Assembly (NCBI GenBank): GCA_026026165.1 | Contig: JAPEUD010000059.1 | Span: forward strand, 1 to 64,000 | Source: Sarea resinae | Lineage: Eukaryota | DNA length: 64,000 nt | Direction of reading: 5' to 3' | Part shown: positions 26,401-38,560 of the stretch, piece by piece | Numbering within the stretch: position 1 is the stretch's first letter | Layout: every line of letters begins with the position of its first letter | The notes under the pieces: model-generated | Told to the model about the DNA's origin: nothing | Seen by the model: the letters and a program-made list of their open reading frames with translations, nothing else | Databases searched by the model: none | Position numbers and translations under genes: made by a program

Positions 26401-28761
26401 CGAACGGTCCATTGAGATCCTCGTGCGAAGCAAAAGGCCGCGAATGTGGGACTGAATCTGCTGGATAGACTTCTCCTGGCTGGCCAAAAGACTTTTCACA
26501 TTGAGTACTTCTCGTCTAACCTCTCCGCCTCGAGCGGCAGCCTGGAGTCCAATTATCTCGGGCTTGTGATGATCTAAGTGACTCCGAATCTGCTTGACGT
26601 TGTTTCGAGCTGCATTACCTCTCACCGAAGACTGAAGAACGGTCCAGGTGGCAGCTGCAGCCTGTAGCTTCTTCGCTTTCTGATGCGCCCGCTGTCTGAC
26701 CAGCGTTCCGCGGACCATGGCCTGGAGATAAATCAGGCTGTCTTTCTCCTGACTGAGGAAATGCGCGTCTGTTTGTAGTCGTCTGCGTAGTGTGGCACCT
26801 CTCGCGGCGGCTTGGAGCAACTCGACGACAGTCTCAGCTTCTCTTGTTTGCTGATCCTCTTCGTGTAACCCAGTGCGCACCAGCATGCCTCTGATGGCTG
26901 CCTGCAGCAGTTCAATTCCATTCGCAGCTTCTCTTGTCCGTTGACCCTGCTCGCGTTGCCCAGCGCGCGACAACATACCCCTGATGGCTGCTTGCAGCTG
27001 ACGAACCCCGTGCTCTTCCTTGTTGATCATTGTCTTCAGTAATTGAATCTTCGCCTTTGCCGTTCGAGCCCTAAACAGACTCTGAATCTTTATCACCTCT
27101 TCCTCTTTCGCACTCCACCACGCCTTTGTGTCACGATCCTGAGAGCGTACGAGATACCCTCTTATTGCGCTTTGGAGGATTATGGCAGAGCGGTTTAGAC
27201 CTAGGCGGTAGTCTGCAATTTCCCTGGCGAAGCCTCCTCGAATTAGGGATTGAAGATCGACTATCATTCCTTCGTTGTCCCAAAGACCCTGCATCATTTG
27301 ACCCAGCTCTAGTCGAAGCATCGCTCCCCGAATCTGAGACTGCAAATCCAGAATCATCGCCTCGTTCTCCCCTAACTCCCTATCAACCCTCTCCTCTTCC
27401 GTTTCAACTGGCTCCGGTTCGGGTTCCGGTTCGGGCTCCGGTTCGGCTCCAAAGCTAGCACCCATCCCGGTGAAGCTCGGCATATTGACTCCCGCTTTAT
27501 CCAGCCCCTTTTGCATGGCCTCCAGCTCGTGTTGTTCGAATTCCAGTTTCCCTATCAGATTTCCAATACGGAACTCCACTATGCCTTTTCGATAAAGAAG
27601 CCATGACAGAGCGTGGATGCAGTATATGACCTTTGGAATGTTTTTCTTCTCATAGAGATCGATTAACTCGAATCGGAAGAGCTCAGGAAGTTCCACCTCA
27701 GCAAGGTATCGAAAAAAGGCAGCAATGTTGTCAGAGTGCCGGAATTGCAGCTTAGGGTGGCGGAAGATGCGAATTGACTTTCCCGGGGAAAGCGTCTGCA
27801 CAATCTCCGCAAGAGTAACACCATCTCGTAGAGCTTCTTCGAGTTGAACGATGGGAGGTATGGGCTTCTGGACAACATCCTCGATCCATTCTTTCGCCTC
27901 CCCGATGTGACAAAGGTATTCATAGGCTTGAAGGAATTGTCGTTGTTTATCCATCCAATTCCGCTCCCCCCATCCATAGCCAGTTGTACGGCCGCGATTT
28001 CCAGCACCAGATCCAGAGTCAATGCGCTGCAGTCGACGTCGACCGGCGAGGCCAACGACTTGCTGCGTTGGCGAGGTAATCGCAAAGTCTTCTCCTGTAC
28101 CATTGCGGGCAAATTTTGACAGATTCCGCAGGTGACTGGTAGAGGACTTCTGGAGATCTTCTATTTCGGGAGCCGTCAATGTCGTTGAGTGCGAATGCGA
28201 ATGCGCGTGCTGTCCATGATGCTGTGAGGGAGAAGACGTTGGAGTCAGCGAATCCGCTCTGCTTAGCGACATCGCATGTGGACGCCCTTGTGGCGACCTA
28301 GTCGATCCTCGGGAATGGGACAATTCGTCAATGAACAGCTCCTTTCTTGAATCGACATCCATGATTGCTGTCGTAGGAGAGCAGCTGTTCCTCCCCGTTG
28401 CTGTGGGCGAAGCGGCTGGCGGTTGTGGCAGCGGTCTGAGAGACTGGCGCATACTCTTGTAAGCCGCAGCAGGATTCGTCTCATTGCTTGTGGTATATGG
28501 ATCTACTGGCGATGAGGAAGCAGCTGTGCCAGTAGCCTCGCTGAGGCCGCGCTTATGGCCTAACACTGTACCTCGATAACCACTCGATGCTGCCGACGAT
28601 ACCGTACTTGTCCGGCTTGGGGGGAATGGACTTGAGTAGCTTGAGTAGGCCGACGAGCTGGTTGACGCGTTCGAGACTTGTCGAAGATGACTTGAAGATA
28701 GAGGCGAGCTATCGGCAGCGTTTGTGTGTCGCAGAGGATGAGATTGATGAAGGTATGACAT
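23418..28761 (-). CDS. IQG1: IQGAP cytokinesis scaffold (Iqg1/Rng2/SepG family); about 5 exons
   Basis: CH domain (AYEYLCHIGEAKEWIE...LRDGVTLA), many IQ-like repeats (LQAAIRG, IQSLFRA), RasGAP-related domain and RasGAP_C end (FKYSA...LLQAQF...LNVNL). Confidence 0.95.
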
Positions 28762-29956
28762 GGTTGCGGTGTGGAGATGCGCGGGCGCAGTAGTGGGAGA
28801 GTTGGCGCACACCACACACCGCCGCGCGCTGGAAAGTCAAACGATCAATGACTGGCCGAAGAATGAAGGCTGGATGGATGGATGGATCAAGAAGGCGAGA
28901 GTGGTGAACGTAGATGCGTGCGCGGGGCGTTGGATGGCATAAGCTTTCGCTGAACCGTCACGCTCAATCCTAAGCCAAGGCAAGACAAGAAGAGTAAAGA
29001 GTAAGGTAGAGCGATGCGGAAAGGCACTGGGCAATAGTGCACCGATTGTAGCCAAAGGTGGTTCTTCGAGAAGGAAGCAATGCAAGCCAGCGCTGGAGGG
29101 GGCGATGGTGAAGGTGATGGGAGATGGGAGTTTGAGAAGTTGGTTTGATGTAGGTGCAAGGGTGCCGATGAAGCGGTGCAGTGCTGTGGTGTGGGACACC
29201 GCAGCGTAGTGACCAGTGTGACACAGAGACAGAGGCGGAAACAAAACAAAGTTCCCAAAGAGGAAGCGGCGTCGGCTGTCCATGGATGATAAAGAGTACG
29301 ACAGATGAGGTACTGAGGACTTGTGTCTACAGCACCTTCCCATGGAGAATGGGGTCGGGAGTACTTGATATCATGTCGACGACGACACGACCCACCCGAG
29401 ACCCACGTCGAGCATGGAAAGATGAGGCTCAAGCCCGTGACCAGAGGACTTCCATTTCGAGAGTGATGACTGTAATCTTGCACTTCTTGAAGGATCGTAA
29501 GATTGTAGAGCGTTCTTTACCTGTATTTCTCGTATTATTGTTGCTCGAGATGGACCACCCTCCAGGGCCCCCTCGGGCTCTTCGATGAGGGACGTCTGCT
29601 TACCTAAGGTGTATCAGCTTTGCTCCTCACCGATCACACCAGTTCTCTCGCCTCTGTTCTTCCCAACTGCGGAGTACATCGAGCATCGTACCTCGTACCT
29701 CCCACTACCTGATGTACCTCACCCTACTGCAGTAGCTCACCGCTCGCTCCCCACAAGGGAAAACCGATCGCTCTCGTCACTCCTCCGCCGAAACTTTTTC
29801 TTTTTCTTCTTTCTTTCTTGGGAGAAGGTGACCACTTCAACCCGTCAGCAGCTCTTCTTTGTCTTCATCCAAGCGGATATTTCAGAGCGTCTGCTGTCTA
29901 TCGCATCGTCCATCTCTCATCTTATTACTGATACCCAGAATTGTCTTATTCTCATC

Positions 29957-31932
29957 ATGCCTTTGGCCAACGGCGACGCAACTGCCACAACGGCTTCATT
30001 GTTGACCAACGAGAAATTGTTGGACTACAGCACCGCTCTGGACATCCTGAAAAATGAATACCCGGAGCGGGATGGCCTTGATGTGCAAGCTCTGTTGGAC
30101 TCCTCCAAGAACGGGGGTTTGACTTACAATGACTTTTTGATCTTGCCAGGATACATCGGTATGATAAAGCATCCGAATTACTGCGGCGGCCTCACTAATT
30201 CAATTTGCAGGGTTTCCTGCCGCTGCGGTCACTATGGAGTCGCCAATCACTAAACGGATCTCCCTCAAGACCCCGCTGGTGTCTTCGCCCATGGATACCG
30301 TGACCGAGCACTCCATGGCTATCCACATGGCTCTGCTTGGTGGTCTCGGTGTCATCCACCACAATTGTTCTGCTGAAGAGCAGTCCGAATTTGTGCGAAA
30401 GGTTAAGCGGTATGAGAATGGCTTCATCTTGGACCCAGTCGTCTTGTCTCCAAACACCACCGTTGGAGAGGCAAAGGCTCTAAAAGAGAAGTGGGGTTTT
30501 GGTGGTTTCCCCGTCACTGGTGAGTGCGGCATATTCCAATTTGTCTCTTAATAGGGCTCTCGCATTCTCTTTCTATGATGACCAAACATATATCCTTTTA
30601 TAACTTTCGTTCATCCGCAACGAACACATCGTGATGGGGAGCATATCGATTCTTGTCTGAAGAAACTTTTATTCCGCTTGTGTATGCCCATGTTTTCAAG
30701 ACCGAATACGTCTTGCTGACTTTCCACCTTGACGTGCAGAGAATGGCAAGCTACGATCTAAGCTCATTGGCATCATCACTCCCCGGGATATTCAATTCCA
30801 CCCTGCTCTGGATGATCCCGTTACGGCTGTCATGTCGACCGACCTTGTGACGGCCCCTGCTGGCACCACATTGACAGAGGCAAACGCCGTTCTTAGCAAG
30901 TCGAAGAAAGGGAAACTGCCGATCGTTGACGACAATGGCAATCTCATCTCGCTCCTCTCCCGATCTGACTTGATGAAGAATCTTCATTATCCATTGGCCT
31001 CCAAGTTGCCTCACTCCAAGCAGCTGATTGCGGCTGCTGCCATCGGAACCCGTCCTGAAGACAAGCACCGTCTCAAAATGCTGGTTGAAGCTGGCCTGGA
31101 TATTGTGGTATTGGATAGCAGCCAGGGAAACAGCATTTTCCAAATCGAAATGATTAAATATATCAAACAGACCTACCCTGGACTGGATGTTATTGGCGGT
31201 AACGTTGTGACGCGGGAGCAAGCAGCCGCACTTATCGCAGCTGGCGCGGATGGATTGAGAATCGGCATGGGCAGTGGCAGTGCTTGCATTACTCAAGAAG
31301 TCATGGCCGTCGGACGTCCACAGGCAGCATCAGTGTTCAGCGTCACTAGCTTCGCCGCTCGCTTCGGCGTTCCATGCATTGCCGATGGTGGCATTCAGAA
31401 TGTGGGCCATATTGTGAAGGGTCTCGCAATGGGTGCATCCACCGTCATGATGGGTGGCCTTCTGGCCGGTACTACCGAATCTCCAGGCCAGTACTTTGTC
31501 AGCCGGGAAGGCCAGCTTGTCAAGGCTTACCGTGGTATGGGCAGCATCGATGCTATGGAAGACAAGAAGGCTGGCGCTGGAGGCAAGGATGCCAAGGCCA
31601 GCAACGCTGGAACTGCTAGATACTTTTCCGAGGGTGATCGCCTACTGGTTGCCCAGGGAGTGTCTGGTTCCGTCCTCGACAGAGGGTGAGTTAGAGTCTT
31701 GACTCACGATGATCCAATACGCTAATTCTCTCTTAGATCGGTGACCAAATTTGTGCCTTATCTGCTTGCAGGCTTACAGCATTCCCTCCAAGATATTGGC
31801 GTCAAGAGCCTGTCGGAACTCAGACAGAGTGTGCTCGACGGCAACGTGCGATTCGAGCTTCGAACCGTCAGTGCTCAGGCTGAAGGCAATGTTCATGGCT
31901 TGCACAGCTTCGATAAGAAGCTTTACGCTTGA
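29957..31932 (+). CDS. IMD4: Inosine-5'-monophosphate dehydrogenase; 4 exons
   Basis: [25 protein letters not shown] pair, catalytic [25 protein letters not shown] and VAQGVSG. Confidence 0.97.
30570..30665 (+). ncRNA. snR54: Intronic box C/D snoRNA, snR54-like, guiding 18S rRNA 2'-O-methylation
   Basis: Box C ATGATGA 30575-81, box D CTGA 30657-60, terminal stem TTTCT/AGAAA and C'-like GTGATGG 30631-37. Guide TAACTTTCGTTCA (30601-13) is complementary to the conserved 18S GAACGAAAGUUA. Yeast snR54 lies in the IMD4 intron. Confidence 0.88.
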
Positions 31933-32146
31933 ATATGAGGGTTGATCTCTAGGTAGAGAAGCTACGTGGCGACGCGAAATGATGTAATGTAGAGTGGGAT
32001 ACTTTTTAGCATCCCTGTTTGTCGCTCTTGCGATCAGATGTGTCTGAGGTTTGAGGGCGTTTCGATACTAAAAGTGTTCAATGTATGGTATCCAATCTCA
32101 TGGTTAGATCAGAAGGAGTTGAAGGAAAATCTTGATAATATCAACG

Positions 32147-32192
32147 CATCTTTGATCGGCTTCCCCACATCTTTGATCGGCTTCCCCACATC
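32147..32192 (+). repeat. Perfect 21-bp tandem duplication CATCTTTGATCGGCTTCCCCA x2
   Basis: Read directly. Confidence 0.93.
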
Positions 32193-32566
32193 CTCGGCTG
32201 TGTGATGTTTACTATGTAGTGACTCTTCGGAGTGGGGAACATGATACTCCGTACATAAAGCCCAAAGAAGCATCATTATTATCGCGACGATTGAAGCGGA
32301 GCTGCATTACCCAGTCTCGACTGTTAGAAGATTGGAAGGGGATGTTGAAAGCTCGTCAGTATCCACTGAATAGCTTTCAACGCGCACCTTGGGAATCGGA
32401 ACGATTGCTGAGCTCTAAGAAGTGTCGCTCATGCCCAGTCCCTTACAAATGGCACCGGTCTCAATTTAGGCCATATTCGAGCAAAGGCCACAGACTCTGG
32501 ACATCATTGACGTTCCAGGCTTATCGGCCTGCTAAGGTCTCTTGGAGACCCAATGGACGGTGCGAA

Positions 32567-33704
32567 ATGAGTGCAAGTGCTCAGTCTCACCAATCTCACA
32601 AGGTCCACCCTGCAGTTGCTCGCCCAAGCGCAAGGTACCCTCCTCTTGACATCTTGACTTTTGAGCTCCGAGTCGGGACTGACACAGAATCAGTGTCATA
32701 CTGGTGTCTCCAGAGAACCAGATCCTACTTTTGCATCGCGTTCAGACTTCGAGATCTTTCCCCTCTGCGCATGTGTTCCCAGGAGGAAATCTCTCTGCTT
32801 CTCAAGATGGCGATATTCCCCGAGCTCAAGACCCCAAGAGACATGAAGATGGAGAGTCATATCGATGGGCTGCAGTGAGAGAAACCTTTGAGGAGAGTGG
32901 CATTTTGCTCGCACGAAAGGCAAATGGACGAGGTCTTTTGCATATAGCAGACGAAGAAAGAGAGAAGGCTCGGGAAGCAGTGCACCAGGATAAGCTACAA
33001 TTCCGAGATTGGCTGAGCCAGCATCAAGCTTCGGCCGATCTTGGTAAGGCCAACAATCGACGAGCTTAAACTTGATTCCAAGGCTAATGATACCAGAAAA
33101 TCTGATCCCGTTTACTCGATGGATTACTCCAAAGAACATTCCTCGTCGATTTACCACCCAGATGTACCTTTACTTCCTGCCACTTTCTACCGATTCAACT
33201 TCAAGTAACATGAATTCCCTTCCGTCAGCTCATGAAGCTATAATACCCCAGCCTACCTCTGACGGAGGTATCGAGCATACCGCAGCGCAATTCCTCCCAC
33301 CTTCATTCTGGCTCTCAAAGGCTCGGTCAGGAGAAATCGTCTTGTTTCCACCACAGTTCTTCCTCCTGCATCTGATCTCACCTTTCTTATCCCCTGAAGG
33401 GTCATCAGACACAATGAACTCTGAGGAGCTATCTAGACGCAGGCAGTCGTTGATTGACTTTGTTAAAACTGGGTCACCTTCGTGGAGTGACAAGTGCATA
33501 TCTCCCTCGACTTTGCTCTTCAGGAAGAAGGACCAGAGGTCAATCTTGGCTTTGGACAAGCCAGGACTAGAATTGGAGCGTAGCTCTAAAGGAGGCGACT
33601 CAGAAAGAGTTATTTTGGTGAAGTTTAGTAAGGAAGGTCCAACCAACGTGGAGGTGGCATGGAAGAAGGATATCCTTCAGGAAGAGAGGGAACAGAAGTT
33701 ATAA
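32567..33704 (+). CDS. Nudix hydrolase, NUDT19-like acyl-CoA diphosphatase; 3 exons; possible upstream in-frame start at 32342
   Basis: ARPSAS|VILVS, HVFPGG, Nudix box AAVRETFEESGILL, RWITP and LFPPQ; the C-terminus is EQKL. Confidence 0.88.
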
Positions 33705-34179
33705 ATTACACGCCAGTTTGTTTCAGCGCAGTCCACCAAGCGAATGATTTCTCCAAGTATGTCTCAAAGCTTACTCTCAAGCGTTGTCTGAATGAAGAAA
33801 CAAGGGTCTCACCAAGATCTATCTGAATTTCTACCCTACAATAATAATGAGAGCCAGACGGAAGGCCTCGAGCTTTACCTCAGGTAGCTTTGCGCAGTAC
33901 CGAGGACATAAGGTACGTAGTAGTAGTGGAGACGCTCATGCTAGATCTTACTCGATACGACTAGCGTCGAAGTCACATGTCCCACAAATTCGCTGCGACC
34001 TTTGGCCCACCGCAAGAGACGCACACAAGAATTAAGCGAGAATCGCGAAATTCAGTTCCCAACTCCTCCATCTCGAATTGCAAGAGTGCAACTGCCTGCG
34101 ACAAGATCATCATCCTCCCGCCAGAAGAGCCATTCAGTCACCTCAATCTCCCTCAACTTCTACATTCTTCACCGCAGTC

Positions 34180-34522
34180 ATGGAGAACGACAAGGGCGAG
34201 CTCGTTGACCTGTACGTTCCCTGCCGATTCGCCCCCGCGATCATCTCGCGGGCTTCTGGATGAAGGAAAAGGCTAACACTGGATCCTCTGCAGCTACGTC
34301 CCCCGCAAGTGCTCGGCGACGAACCGTATCATCAAGGCCAAGGACCACGCGTCGGTACAACTCTCGGTCGGAAAGGTCGACGAGAACGGTAGATACACGG
34401 GCGAGAACCAAGTGTACGCGCTCTGCGGATTCGTCCGGGCTATGGGCGAGAGCGACGACAGCTTGAACAGACTGGCACAGAGAGATGGGCTATTGAAGAA
34501 TGTCTGGAGCGGAAGCCGTTAA
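34180..34522 (+). CDS. RPS21: 40S ribosomal protein S21 (eS21); intron 34212-34293
   Basis: Spliced [33 protein letters not shown]...[21 protein letters not shown]. Confidence 0.97.
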
Positions 34523-35355
34523 GATAGGGATGAATACATGGTCAGTTATATCAGCCTTGGAGAGACGAAGGATTCATGCTAAGACATACCGCAGGGAGGC
34601 TACGTTGAGGGAGATCGGGAGTACGAGGCATGATAATGCAAGATGAACTTACAATAGTCGGATCTTGCCGGTCTTCGGCGGATGGTGGTCTAGTCGACTA
34701 CATCCGTCCCAATCCAAGCTCTTACCAACAATCAACGGCTTCCTTTCCTTCGTGATCTGTGGTCGTGATTTTGCTTTGTTTGTGCCCGGCTCATAAAGCT
34801 CCCTCATTCTTCACTTCGGTGGGACCTGTGGCTGAGGAAGCCGAGAGATAGACATCTATCTCCAGCCGCAGATCAATGCTTTGAGCATTTTACCTTCTGA
34901 AGAGCTGTGGCGCTAGAGCATCTCGTCGGAGCACAGATACGGGTAGAACATGCAGGTTGACGGCAAGGCAATTGACACCGCTGACTCTGTTGGCGGCTGA
35001 GTCTCGTGCTCCCTCATTCGACCCGTCAAGGGGGATAGGAGCAGGATATCATGACTGTGCCCCAACGTGAAATATCTTGCTGTCTGTTGTTGCCGGCCTT
35101 GCCATCGCCTCCCATCTACCTTGGTGCCGCCTTTGCTTTCCCGTATTCTCCGACCTCGTCTCTTGGATACGGAGTCGATAAATTAACCCCCATGAATGAA
35201 CCCTATGATTTTGCTCTGGAAGTGTTCGCTCAATACTGAGAATGACGCGTCCAAAGTGTAAAGATCATCACGGCCTGATGTACGGAGCACCGCAGTTCCA
35301 TCCGTGCTGAAATCCTCGCACTAGTACTCCGCGTAGTAGGCTCGCTTATCTGAAA

Positions 35356-35372
35356 TCGATCTGGGTCGATCT
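35356..35372. promoter_or_regulatory. Candidate light-response element: two TCGATCT copies at 10-bp spacing upstream of the photolyase
   Basis: Each copy is the reverse complement of the GATCGA-type White Collar complex motif, about 230 bp before the first ATG. Function is inferred only. Confidence 0.35.
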
Positions 35373-35594
35373 CGAAGACGTCACGAGCAGAGCGAGATCT
35401 TAGAGACGTAAATACGCTTCCAGCTCTTCGCGAACCCTCCTACATTAGCAACGCGAAATTAACCTCTTCAGAAACTCGTGATCTCTTCAGAGATTCGGTT
35501 TTTCCATGTTCAATTAAAGTTCTCAATTTGATTGTGTTGTTTGTTGGGAACTGCTTGCACCTTAGAGCGAACAGAGGTTAGAAGCTTTGTTTGA

Positions 35595-37618
35595 ATGCTC
35601 AAGCGCGCCCCTTCGTTTCTGGGACTGTTTTCTGTGCCTTTCAATCGCTCTTCTGGCCTTTGTTGCTACCGAACAAGGCTTTCCAACTCCGCGAAGTTGC
35701 AATCACTTCTTTCTCGTCGAAGAATTCATCAGACAGCGCAAAACAGAATGCCGTCCAAAACAGCAACTAACGGCAAGCGCAAAGCCGCGTCTTCGTCGTC
35801 GTCTCCTTCAAAGAAGGCCGCAAAACTGAAGAACGGCGTCGTTGCCCACAAGGACTCTAAAGAAGAAGAGAAATATGGCATTATTCAGCGCAAGTTCTAT
35901 CCTCCAGAAATGACCAATGCGCGCTGTCAACAATACAACAATGATGAGATTCCCCGACCCATCGATGAGCTCAACGCCGCAATTGAAGAGACCAAATCCC
36001 AGCGCGAAGGGATTCAAGTGAAGGATGCCGTCGTCCATTGGTTCAAGCGGGATTTGAGGACCAAAGATAACCATGCTCTACACCTGGCGAGTGCCAAGGC
36101 AAAAAGCAAAGGCGTGCCGCTCGTGTGTCTTTATGTCGTTAGTCCACAGGACTTTGAGGCGCATTTCACCAGTGCGTGTCGTGTGGACTTCGAATTGAGG
36201 ACGCTTGCGATACTGAAGGAGGATTTGGCCGAGCTGGATATCCCCCTGTGGGTCGAGACTGTGATGAAGAGAAAGAATATTATTGCGAGAATTATCGAAT
36301 TGTGTCAAAAGTGGGGTGCAAGCCATGCCTACTGCAATATCGAATACGAAGTCGATGAATTGAGGCGGGAGGCAACATTGACGAGGACATGTGTAGAGAA
36401 AGGAATTGACTTCACAGCTGTTCATGACACCTGCGTCGTTCCTCCTGGCGAGCTGAGCAGTCAATCGGCGAGACAATACGCAGTGTACAGTCCCTGGTAC
36501 CGGGCTTGGGTTGCTCACATACACGCTCACCCAAACTATCTGGATCTTTACGATGATCCAGCAAAGAACCCCGGCACTGCCAGAAAAAGCTTCAAGGAGG
36601 TTTTTGAAAAAGCGATTCCGGACGCGCCGCCGAATGTCTCTCTCAACGACGAGGAGAAGAAGCGATATCGAAGCCTTTGGCCAGCCGGAGAGCACGAAGC
36701 GCACGAGCGATTGCAGAAATTCCTGTTTCAGAAGATCAGTGCATACAAGGATATGCGAAATCTTCCCGCAGCCAACAGCACTGCTGTACTGAGCGTTCAT
36801 TTCTCTTCCGGCACGCTCAGCGCAAGGACAGCGGTGCGACGTGCCAGAGATGGAAATAGCACGCAGAAGCTAGACGCGGGCAACGCGGGCATATCCAATT
36901 GGATCAGTGAAGTGGCATGGCGGGATTTTTACAAGCACGTCCTAGTTCACTGGCCATTTGTCTGGTTTGTCTTTCTTTCTGTTTTCCGTTGTTCCTTTGC
37001 TTTCCGCCTTTCACATTGTCCTTGCTAGCTCGCTCGTCATATTTTGCCATGAGACTCACCGTTTCTAGCATGAACAAACCTTTCAAACCCGAATACACCA
37101 ACATTGACTGGTCATACTCGACCACGCTCTTCGACGCCTGGACGTCCGGCCGCACGGGCTTCCCGATCGTCGACGCCGCCATGCGGCAACTGGCGCACAC
37201 AGGCTACATGCACAACCGATGCCGGATGATCGTGGCCTCTTTTCTAGCCAAAGACCTCCTCCTCGACTGGCGCATGGGCGAGACGTATTTCATGCGCCAG
37301 CTGATCGACGGCGACTTCGCGTCCAACAACGGCGGCTGGGGCTTCAGCGCCTCGTGCGGCGTCGATCCGCAGCCGTACTTCCGCATCTTCAATCCCGTGC
37401 TGCAGAGCGAGCGCTTCGATCCCGACGGCGACTATATCCGCAAGTGGCTGCCCGAGCTCGAGGGCGTGACGGGCAAGGCCGTGCATGAGCCGTTTGCGCG
37501 GGGCGCCGGCGATGTCGTAGCGAAGAGGGGCTATCCAAAGCCCGTGGTCGTGCACAAGGAGGCTCGGGACAAGGCGTTGGCTACCTACAAGGAAGGCTTG
37601 GGACGGGCAACGGCGTAG
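35595..37618 (+). CDS. PHR1: Class I CPD photolyase; intron 36965-37068; second in-frame ATG at 35748
   Basis: VHWFKRDLRTKDN, VYSPW, LSVHFSSGTLSAR, EVAWRDFY, GRTGFPIVDAAMRQL, GYMHNRCRMIVASFL, DGDFASNNGGW and PYFRIFNP. Confidence 0.96.
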
Positions 37619-37699
37619 TTGGTTTTGTTTTCTGGGCAAAGGAGTTTGTCTGCTGTCGTCATCCCGTCTTTCTATCTGTCTACGTCGTAGCTGTTCATT

Positions 37700-38408
37700 C
37701 TTCGCTTCTTCTTTCACTTAACAAATACAATCACTGACACTCGTTTCCCCCTCTTCCACAACGCGACGCCCCCCACCCCCCCTTTGCTCTCTACAATATT
37801 TGCTCTCCCTCTACTTCGGACTCAAACGGCTCAGTACCCAGGAAGATCCGCCCGCCCGCTCGAACCATCTCAGCTCAGCTCAGCTCAGCTCAGCTCGTCC
37901 ATCTCATCACCACCCAGGCCATCTATTCTCTTTTATTTCTTTTATCTTCGTCTTCATACGCATGTATGAAACCTGTACCCCTCCCTCCCTCCATTCCATA
38001 TTTCCATCTTTCCATGTTTCTTCTTTGCTTTCCCCTCTCCGCTTTCCCCTTTCCCTGTTCTTTCCCCCGCCTTGTATTTGTCATTCTGGTGAATAAGAGA
38101 CATGCTATCAAGCTAGAGCGAACCCCCTTCTACGTTATCCTACCTCATCCCATCCCATCTTATCACATCCGTAGCACAAGCACGAGCATAAGGACTTATA
38201 CCGTAAAAGGCTCGCCGGTTCGGGAAGGAACGTGGTTCCCCTGTCACGATCTACAGTGTGCAGTTTGCTGTGTGCAGCCTACAGTCTACAGCGGGCGACA
38301 CCATGGGCGGGCCATTCGTGATTCGTGATTCGTTTCTTTCTTTCTTTTCTCGATATGCAGTTTTTATAGCGGGTTGGAAGCATGGGAATTGGTTTGAGGG
38401 GGGGGGAA

Positions 38409-38444
<36 letters not shown>

Positions 38445-38560
38445 GGGAAGGAGGGAGAGAGAGAAAGGTTACGGTTGGTGAGAGGAGCAGAGCAGAGCGC
38501 GGCAGTATTGATTAATTGATTGATTAAAGGATTGATTGATAGATAGATAGATGGACATGA
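37700..38560. repeat. Simple-sequence tract: pyrimidine-rich stretch, (CTCAG)5, poly-G runs at 38398-38443, (GATT)n and (GATA)n
   Basis: Read directly. Confidence 0.9.

Noticed and set aside
29585..29956. 124-codon in-frame upstream extension of IMPDH
   Set aside because: It translates pyrimidine-rich promoter/UTR sequence (poly-Phe) with no protein-like character; ATG 29957 matches the usual fungal N-terminus.
29957..31932. IMPDH as a self-resistance gene of a mycophenolic-acid-type cluster
   Set aside because: No PKS or prenyltransferase nearby. It keeps Tyr in PGQYF, hosts the snoRNA and sits among housekeeping genes, so it looks like the primary copy.
13363..37618. SLX4 and photolyase as a DNA-repair cluster
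   Set aside because: They are about 20 kb apart with six unrelated genes between them.
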